From: Monocercomonoides exilis PA203
Lineage: Eukaryota; Protista; Preaxostyla
Length of the DNA stretch: 64,000 bases
Direction: 5' to 3'
Assembly (NCBI GenBank): GCA_001643675.2
Contig: LSRY02000048.1
Span: forward strand, 372,001 to 436,000
How positions within the stretch are numbered: position 1 is the first letter of the stretch; every line of letters starts with the position of its first letter. The notes below the pieces were generated by a model. It was given only the letters and a program-made list of their open reading frames with translations, was not told where the DNA came from and ran no database searches. The position numbers and the translations under genes are program-made. Below are positions 44,479 to 53,000 of the stretch, piece by piece.

Positions 44479-47037
44479 TTGCGATATTAAATTTACAAAT
44501 GTATTAAGGAATTTTTCTGTTGTTTTGGACTCCAGTTTGATAAAATAGAGCTTTAATTAATGGAAGAGTTGAAAAACATAAAAAATTACATAACAGATCA
44601 GCAATAATGAAAAAACATCTTTTTTTTCATAATGAGCCGATGATTTGCATTGCCCTAATCAAAAATAACTTATTTGCAAAAAGCTCGTTTGTTTGCAAGT
44701 GGAAATATTTGTTCAATTTTACAATTTCTTGATCCCGAAAAAAGCATCAAATTATTCTAATTCATAAAAATCAAGAACCTTTAAACAATCAAAAAAGCAT
44801 AAATAAATATATAAAAGAAAATAAAAATAAAAAATAAAAAATCAGTTGATCTGGAAGCATATTGAGTAAGAGGAGATTTAAAAAACTGAGTTTGGAGAAG
44901 TGCTATATGCACAAAATAGAATCTTTCAAACAAGCTGTGAAAGCAGAACTGGTTGATCTGTGTGCTATTGTCAATTTGAGAATAAGTGATTGTTGCTGAA
45001 GATGAAGGTGATGATGATGAAAATAACAAAAAAAAAAGAATAGAAGGAGAATATGAGTCCAACGAAGAGATGAGCTTTTCCCTTTCTTTTCTTCCTTGTT
45101 TTTCTTGTAAAAGAGTCAAAAAAAGTCAGATCCAGATTGGATGAGCAGCCAATCTGATTCAGTATCTGTCCAATTCAGTGAAGGCAAGTAAAGATATATG
45201 AAACAAAGAAGATTGAAGAACAAAATAGACGAAAATGGGATGAGTTTTCGATGAGTAAACTATCGAGATCGATGAAAAAGAAGAAGATGATGATGATGTT
45301 GGAGAAGAACAAATTGGCAACAATGACAGAACATATTGTCAATGTGTAAAAAAATATAATCTGTTTCTTCCCTTTTCTCTTCTTCTTCTTCTTCTTCTTC
45401 TCTGCTGCTCAATCACCATGAGTTGAATTGATTTTCCTCCCAGAATTCATAAGAGAGGAAGAAGTGAAAGTTAGCTTCAAATAATCAGAGGCAGAAGATA
45501 ATTCTCATATTTTGTGCTTTTCATCCACTTCCAAAGCAATTAGTGAAGATTGTGAGGAAGGAGTTGATGATGTTTGAAGTGTGTTTGGTGACTGTTGAGT
45601 TGAAGAAGATGAAGAAAAAAAACTTTGAAAATCAACTTTATTCACCAATAGCTCATGATTCCTTATTTTCTCGTTCCAAATGAAAATTTTGTCGCGCCTG
45701 TGAATATGACGATTTGTGCATCCAAATCTCCTTCTGCTGCTGTGGTGATTCTCTTTTTCCTCTGCTTTGCATTTCTCTCTCTTTCTCTCTCTCTCCCAAT
45801 CATCCTCACCCAAATTCGCTCATAACCCTTTCCACTTCTGCTGCTTCCAAGCATTCTCATTCAATGCCGGCTCACACAAATAGAACTTGAAATCGAAGTG
45901 ATATCTCCTTCACTTCAAGTTTCTATCTGATGCCTTCGTTGTGCAATCATCAGCACAATTCTTGTTCTTTCTTCACTTCAGCAGCAATCCAATCCCAAAT
46001 CGTCCTCCACACCCAACACATTTCTCCATCGCTTCCACCAAAAAGAAAAAACATCATTCATCCATCTTCCATCTCACTTCGTTATTTCTCCACTTTTCCA
46101 AAGCTCCTTGTGTTCGTCTGCTCATTTTTCTTCCTTTGCCTCTTTCACCAAAGCAATTTGTCAAACAGATCTGCCAGAAACAAGGCGCATGAGACGTTGT
46201 CCATTGCTCTAGAATTGTTCAATTGAAATAAAAAATATAAATAGACAAAAGCAGGTGAGGATTTCCATTCCAATAAATAATCAAACAAATGGTTTTGTTT
46301 TCTTGAAATTGTTCGAAAAAATAAAAATTTGGCAAACATTTCATTCAAAATTCATCTTTACCAATATTATCTTTGTTTTTTCTAAAATTTTCCATTTTCA
46401 AGTGTTTCAGCCTTTGGCAAATTTCTTTTGACTGAAATAGCATCTTTTTCTGCTCAAAGCATGCAAAATGCGCATCATTGAATAAATTAATCGTGCGTGG
46501 ATCATTTCTTTGATTGAAAATGTTCATTTCGGACAGGATTCGCTTTTCAAACTTGTATTCAGAAATCAATCATTGTTTCTGACATTTGAAAATTAATTAA
46601 ATCTAAATTCTCAACAAATATAAAATATCACACTGCGATATGAAATTTTAAATATTTCTCCAAAAACTCTTTAATTCTTTAAATAAACTAATGTTTTAAA
46701 CAACAGCCATTTGCATGAGGCTATATTTGAGTGAATAGACTAATCTCTCTCAGATGCTTTTAAATATAATATGGCATCATAGAAAACACATTATATCGCT
46801 GTCCACTCGTTGGTTAATGAAATATCAATACATCAAAATTGTTGAATTCTCAATTAATATTATTCATTAGATCAACTTTATAATTTTTATTCTTTTAAAG
46901 AATGATGAAAAATTGCAACTTTGAAAAAAAATACAATTCCACTTTTGAAATGATTATTTTTCGAAGTTTATTACCCATATTAGAAAAAAGAATTCAGGAA
47001 AAAAAGAAAAGGAGATTCCACTTGGGTGCTGGGCTCA

Positions 47038-50000
47038 ATGCTGTCGGGAATATGCTGTTTTGTCTGCATAATATATTTTCAGTGCATGTGCATTGGAGCT
47101 GCAAATGAAGAAACATTTCAGATGAAGAAATACAAGAAAGAAAGAATTGATGATTATCTTGAGAGAAATTGGTCGGACGCCTTTCAAAAGGATGTTTTTG
47201 CCAATGAAATTGGATTGGAAACAAACAACGGTGGAAGAGAATGTGGAACGAAAATAACGAAGAAATGTGAAAAAAGGATGAATGGAGATTCGAAAGAAGA
47301 GAATGATGAAAAACTCAAATTCAGAGAAGCCAGCCGAACTGAAATGGTTCGAGGAACAAACATGTCTGCTGAACGAAAAATGAGGAAACAACAAAGATAT
47401 GAGGGTGAAAGTTTGATTGAAGGATGTTTGATGATTGCCAATTCTTCAATAAAACTCCACTCCCTGGGATTGGTGCTAAATGATGGCCAAAGTGTATTGA
47501 ATGCTGCAAATGGATGTTTCATCGAAGTGAGCAGATGCAGGATAGAGATTGGAGGAGAAATGCCACCATTTTGTTTGAGTGGAAGTTGTGGGCTGCTCAC
47601 CAACATATCTCTCCGATTCCCTTTGAATTCACATTTTCAGAAATGCCCGTCTCTCTTCTCTTCAAAACCATTTGAAGGGATTCATTCAGAAAAATGTCAT
47701 GTTTCTGTTTGTTACTCTCATTTCTCCTCTTTTTGTATTTCTTCAGCCCCATTTCTCTCATCTGCATTTGTTGAGAGTATTTCACTTTCCAATTTGGATT
47801 TCTTCAACTTCTCAACAACTCCAGCAAAAACTGAATCACACTCAACTTGCCAATGTGGAAAAGCAACCTCGATGAATTCGTGTTCATTTCATTCAGTTTG
47901 TGATGCATACGATGGAGGAATTGTTCCCTCAATCAACAACCCCTTTGCATCTCTGACAGCTTCAAACACCTCTTTTGTTGTATGTTGCAGAACAAAAAAT
48001 GTTGTTTGCGAAGGAACTGCAGATGGAAAGTTGACTCCAGGGAGACAAAACGAAACAGAAAATGGAGCAAACACATTCACTTGGTGTGAATGGAACGGGT
48101 CGAAAACGACTGGAAACAAAGATGATTTCACTGATGATGCTTCAAATGGTGGAGCAATTCGAATGTACAATCTCAATTCTGGAGAACTAACTGTTTCTCA
48201 TTGTGCGTTCAATGATTGCCACGCTCATTATCGAGGCGGTGGGATTATGTGTCACACAATCAAGACTGTGCGTATCGAAAATAATGTATTCAATTCGTGC
48301 TCAGTGCAAACTTGGGCAGGAGGAGGGGTGTACACCTGTAATATAACTTCGAGTGTTCTGATCAGTGGATGTGAATTTCAAAATTGCAAAGCAAATAGAT
48401 ATGGAGGAGGTCTTGATCTTGAAGATATTAATTGTTCAGGAACAGGATGCATTGAAGCAGAAAATGGTGGAGGGGAAAGTGTGTGTGTGTTTGATTGCAG
48501 TTTTTCTTCTTGCTCAGTTTCAAGTTATTATGGCGGAGGCATGTTTTGCGAAACTGTTCCTAAAACTCAATTTAAAATAAGGTTCATTCAGTTCATTTCA
48601 TGCTCAGCAGCATCGTGTGGAGGTGGTTTGAGGTTTCATCTTTCAAGACAATCATCACAAAAGGATATAATTTATTGTGATTATCTTTTCTTTCACGAAT
48701 GCGAATGTTCAGGAAATCCCCCCTATGGCCATGATATAATGTTTTTTGACCTTTTTAATGCTTTTTTGTCTTCGGGCAATCCGTTCTTTGAATGTTACAC
48801 AACAAATACAAATGATCAGAGAGTGTGTTATGGATATGATAATATGGGAAGCAGTTGGTCGTACTATCACACAGAAAAACAGTGGTGGATAAACAATGGG
48901 ATTCTGAATCGGTTTGTTGCAGTTGATGGTGGTTTTGAAGACAAGATGTGTGGAATAGATGAGTCAAGGGCTTGCAAATCAATTGGCATTGCTGTTCATC
49001 AAAGCAAAACACAGACAACCTTGGTTGTCATGCTAATGGAAGGGAATTATAAAAGAGAGACCACTCCTATTGATATTGAATCAATGAAGGTATCAGTCAT
49101 TGGGGCATGTAAAGATAAGAGTTCGATTGGAACAGGAGCACTTTCATCTGTAGGAACGCTGTTCAGTGTGACGACAGGTCACCTTGGTTTATTGCACATG
49201 AAGGTTGATTGTAACTCAAATTTTAGTCCTTCTACGCCGAGTGTGGTTGTGGTGTCTGATGGAGGTGGGTCACTCTCATTGGAGGATGTTGTGATCACCA
49301 CAAGTAACAAGGAAGGATATGTGATATCATCGTCTTTGTTTGTGGTGCAGCTGTCGCAGCTATCGATGGTTGGTGTGGAGATCAAAGATATGAATGTCTC
49401 AAAACCATTGTTCTCTGAGCCGGATCTATCTTCTTCTTCTTCTTCTTCATTGCCGTCATTATCGTCATCTGCACTGCATCTGACAGCCACAGTATCAGGA
49501 GATAGCGTGCTGGCAAATGTGAAAGTGATGAATGTGAAGTTGACTGAAGGAGATGGGGTAGTTGTGGCAAAGAGTGTGAAGGAAGGGGAGATATTTTCTG
49601 TGAGCAACATAACAATAGAGGGATGTGAGTGTGAGGAAGGAAATGGAGGAGGAATGAGTATTTATTTGGTAGACAATGGAGAAGTGGTGATGAATGGAAC
49701 AACTGTCATTGATGGATGCAATACGGTGAATAATGGAGGGAATGGAGGGAAAGGAGGAGGGATGATGATTGTGATAGAGAGTGGAGAGTGTGGATTGACA
49801 ATTGGGAAGAATGTTGAGTTTTCGAAAGTGAATGGGAATGTGGCCTCATATGGGAAGGATGTGTTTGTTCAATGTGGGTGTGGTGTGTTTTTGGAGTCAA
49901 AATTGAATACAGACACATTTGCCTTTTTTGACACAAGTGTCATTCCATCAGATGTGTTGAGGTTGAGTGGGAGTGAAAATGGGGATGAAAGAAAAGTGAT

Positions 50001-53000
50001 TCCACTGTTTGTGTATTTGTGCTCAATGGGAACGAAGGTGATTGTTGATGGGAGTGGAGGAAATGGGATGGACCACAACCATTGTGGATTTGAGTCGTTC
50101 AGGTGTCAGACAGTTGACTATTGTGCAAACTCAAGAATGAGCAGCACAGCGAATGAAATAGAAGTTGTCTCATCTTCGTCAATAACCAAGGAAATTACAG
50201 GACCTTCATTTGATGTGAATATTTCAGGTAGAATTGTGTCATTCGAAGAGGGAGAGAGAATTCTGGTGAATGTGATTGATGGAGGATCAGCCACACAAGA
50301 CTGGCTTGTTGGATGTTCGAGTTCACTGACAATGAGCAGACTTTCATTTGTTGTGAAAGGTCAGTTGAATTCAAGGAGAAGTGCATTCATTCTCTCAAAT
50401 TCAACACTCAGTGTGACGAACTGTTCAGTCTCATTTGAAAGTGGCTCATTGACTGACGGAAAGATAGGATATAATGTGATAAGCATTGAGGGAGGAGAAT
50501 TAATTATGAATGGATTTGTGATGGAAGGGCCAGTGACAACGAATGGGAAATCTCCAATATCAATGAAAAATGTAATGAGATTGGAGATGAATAACAGCAG
50601 AATGAGTGGAGTGGAGGTGACAGGTGGAATTGGAGGAGGATGTTTGAATGTTGGGATGAATGAAGAAGGAGGAAGTGTGAATACTGAAGAAAGTTATATA
50701 TCGTCAGTGTGTTCAGGTGGAAGTGGGATGAAAGGAGGAGGGATTATGATATCAGTGGGGAAGGGAGGGAGTTTGGAGATGAAAAATGTGAACTTATCAG
50801 GATGTGAAGTTCCATCAGAGGATAGAGAGGATGGAGGAAGAGGAATTGGAGGAGGGATGTTTGTTGAACTTCCTAATCAAATGGGATCATTTGTGATGGA
50901 AGGAATGACATTTGAGGGATGCAATGCCTGGAAGGGGAAGAATATGTTTGTTTCAGGATGGGATCTGAGTGAGATTGTGAAGAAGGAGCATTTGAAATGG
51001 GAGATAAAGGAAGAGGAGTTGGGATGGTTGGATGAGTTGTGTGGATGGGAGAGGATGACAACAGGAGAGGAGGGATATGTGATTCCGTTGGTTGTGTATT
51101 TGTGGGACAATTGGAGTGGGGATGGGTTTGTTTCGAAGGAAAAAGGAGGAGACTTCAATGGGTGTGGATATTCCGAAGCGCCATGCTCATCAATCAATCA
51201 CTTGATATCGCTGAGATATGGAACGCTTGAAAAAGGCGAATCACGTATTAAAATTTCTGGTTCAGGGTTGCTTCAAAAATCGATTTTATTTTTATTATCA
51301 TCATCTTCAAAAACTCCAATTGTGTCAATTGAGGGAGAAATTGAAGGAACAATTTTGAAAGTGAGTGAGGGAGGAAGGAATGAAGGTGAAGAAGAAGGAG
51401 GGGGAATGATAACATTGAATGTTGTTGCTTCATTCACGAATTTGTTATTTTCTCTGCCAAATGGACTTGTTTCTCATTCATCACTTATTCACTCAACTTC
51501 ATCTTCAGCAACACTTTCTATCATGAGATGCTCATTTGTTTGTGACGATGCAACAAAGGAAACGAAATATTGTCTGATAAAAGCAGATGGAGGGAGTGTG
51601 GTGATTGAGGATTGCACCCTTTCTCAATTCAGTCTGGTAAAAGGGCTTGTTGAATTCATAGCAGATGTGAAGAGTATTGATGTGATGAATGTGTCAGTTT
51701 CAAACACAACAATCTCAGGAAGCAGTCTGATATCGCTGAGTCAGCCATCCCCAACAAATGTGTTGATCAACAAAGCAAGAGAAAACACAAAACAAATTGT
51801 GAGGGTGAACAGCTCCTCTTTTGCAAACATCACATGCGTGGAGAACAGAGCATGTGTGATGAGTGTGGGATCATTTTCATCTGGGATGGAATGCGTGATT
51901 GAAGGATGCGTGCTGACGAAGTGTATGAGTGAGAGGAGCAAAGAAGGAGGAGGGATGAAGATGTTGATGAAGAGAGACGAGTCAGAGGTGAAAGTGAGTG
52001 GGTGTTCATTTGGGATGTGTGTGTGTTTCACAGTGAATGGGAGAGGAGGAGGGATGATGATTGATGCAATAGATCCGAATGTGGAATACACAGAGACCAA
52101 AATACCACCACTTGAGCTGAGATTGGAGAACATTCGATTCATGATGAATGATGCGTTTGTGGGGAAGGATATGTTCATCCGATGTGAATCGATTGCCTCA
52201 CAGATCAATGAAAGACTGTTTTTGTTGGACTTTAATCAGGAATCATTGAAGTCGAACAACTCGATGTGTGGGAGCGATGGAGAAGAGAATATTGATGTTG
52301 ATCTGATTCCGCTGGTCACATTCTATTATTCTTCACAGGTATTTGTGTGTGTGAATGGGAGTGACAGCAGGCAATGTGGAGCACAGAACAATCCGTGTGA
52401 GAGCATTGGAAATGCTGTGCAACACATCGAACGAAGTGTTGTGAATATGATTATAATTGACGGAGCAGGGAAGATAGGAGGAGAATGTGTGATTGGGGAT
52501 GTGAGGATGGAGCCTGTGAAGAAAACAAAGGGGAATATTTGTTTTGATGGGAAGATTGAAAAAACATCTGAGGAGGACGGCATCATGAAGTTTGTGAATG
52601 AAAGTGCAGTGGAAAGATGCTCATTTGAGTTTGGAGGTGAGTTTGAAGCAAGTCATAAGTTCATTTTGAAAGTGAAAAACGGCTCAATGGAGATGCGAAA
52701 TTGCAAGTTTATTTCGTCTGCTGTTGAGCTGAAGTTGGACAACACGATTGTGAGCGTGGAAAGTGGAGAATTGAAAATGTGGGAAATGGAGTTCAACAGT
52801 TTGCATCTGAGAGCGGCGTTGATTGTGTTGTGTGAAGAGTCGAAAGTGTTTTTGGGAGAAACAAACATTTGGAATGTGATGTGTCAAGCAGATGCAGCTG
52901 TTGTTGTTGTTGGAGGGAAAGCAGAGTTTGAGATGAAAGAAATGAGCTTTGAGAATATTTCGCTGTTGACGGATGGATGTGTAATGGTGATTGATGAAGC

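Noticed and set aside
3226-44478. Reading the giant ORF as a pseudogene, a midasin/other AAA giant, or an assembly concatenation
   Set aside because: There is no stop or frameshift in 41 kb. The dynein-specific linker, MTBD and C-terminal motifs each occur once and in canonical order, which fits neither midasin nor a tandem artefact.
45880-45926. Small imperfect hairpin centred on GATATC
   Set aside because: Short and imperfect, so it could arise by chance. Bacterial-type terminators do not apply to this eukaryotic DNA.
44781-46350. Short ORFs and GA/CT-rich patches between the dynein and the membrane-protein gene
   Set aside because: Low complexity, frequent stops and no motif. They may be decayed gene fragments but I cannot assign them.
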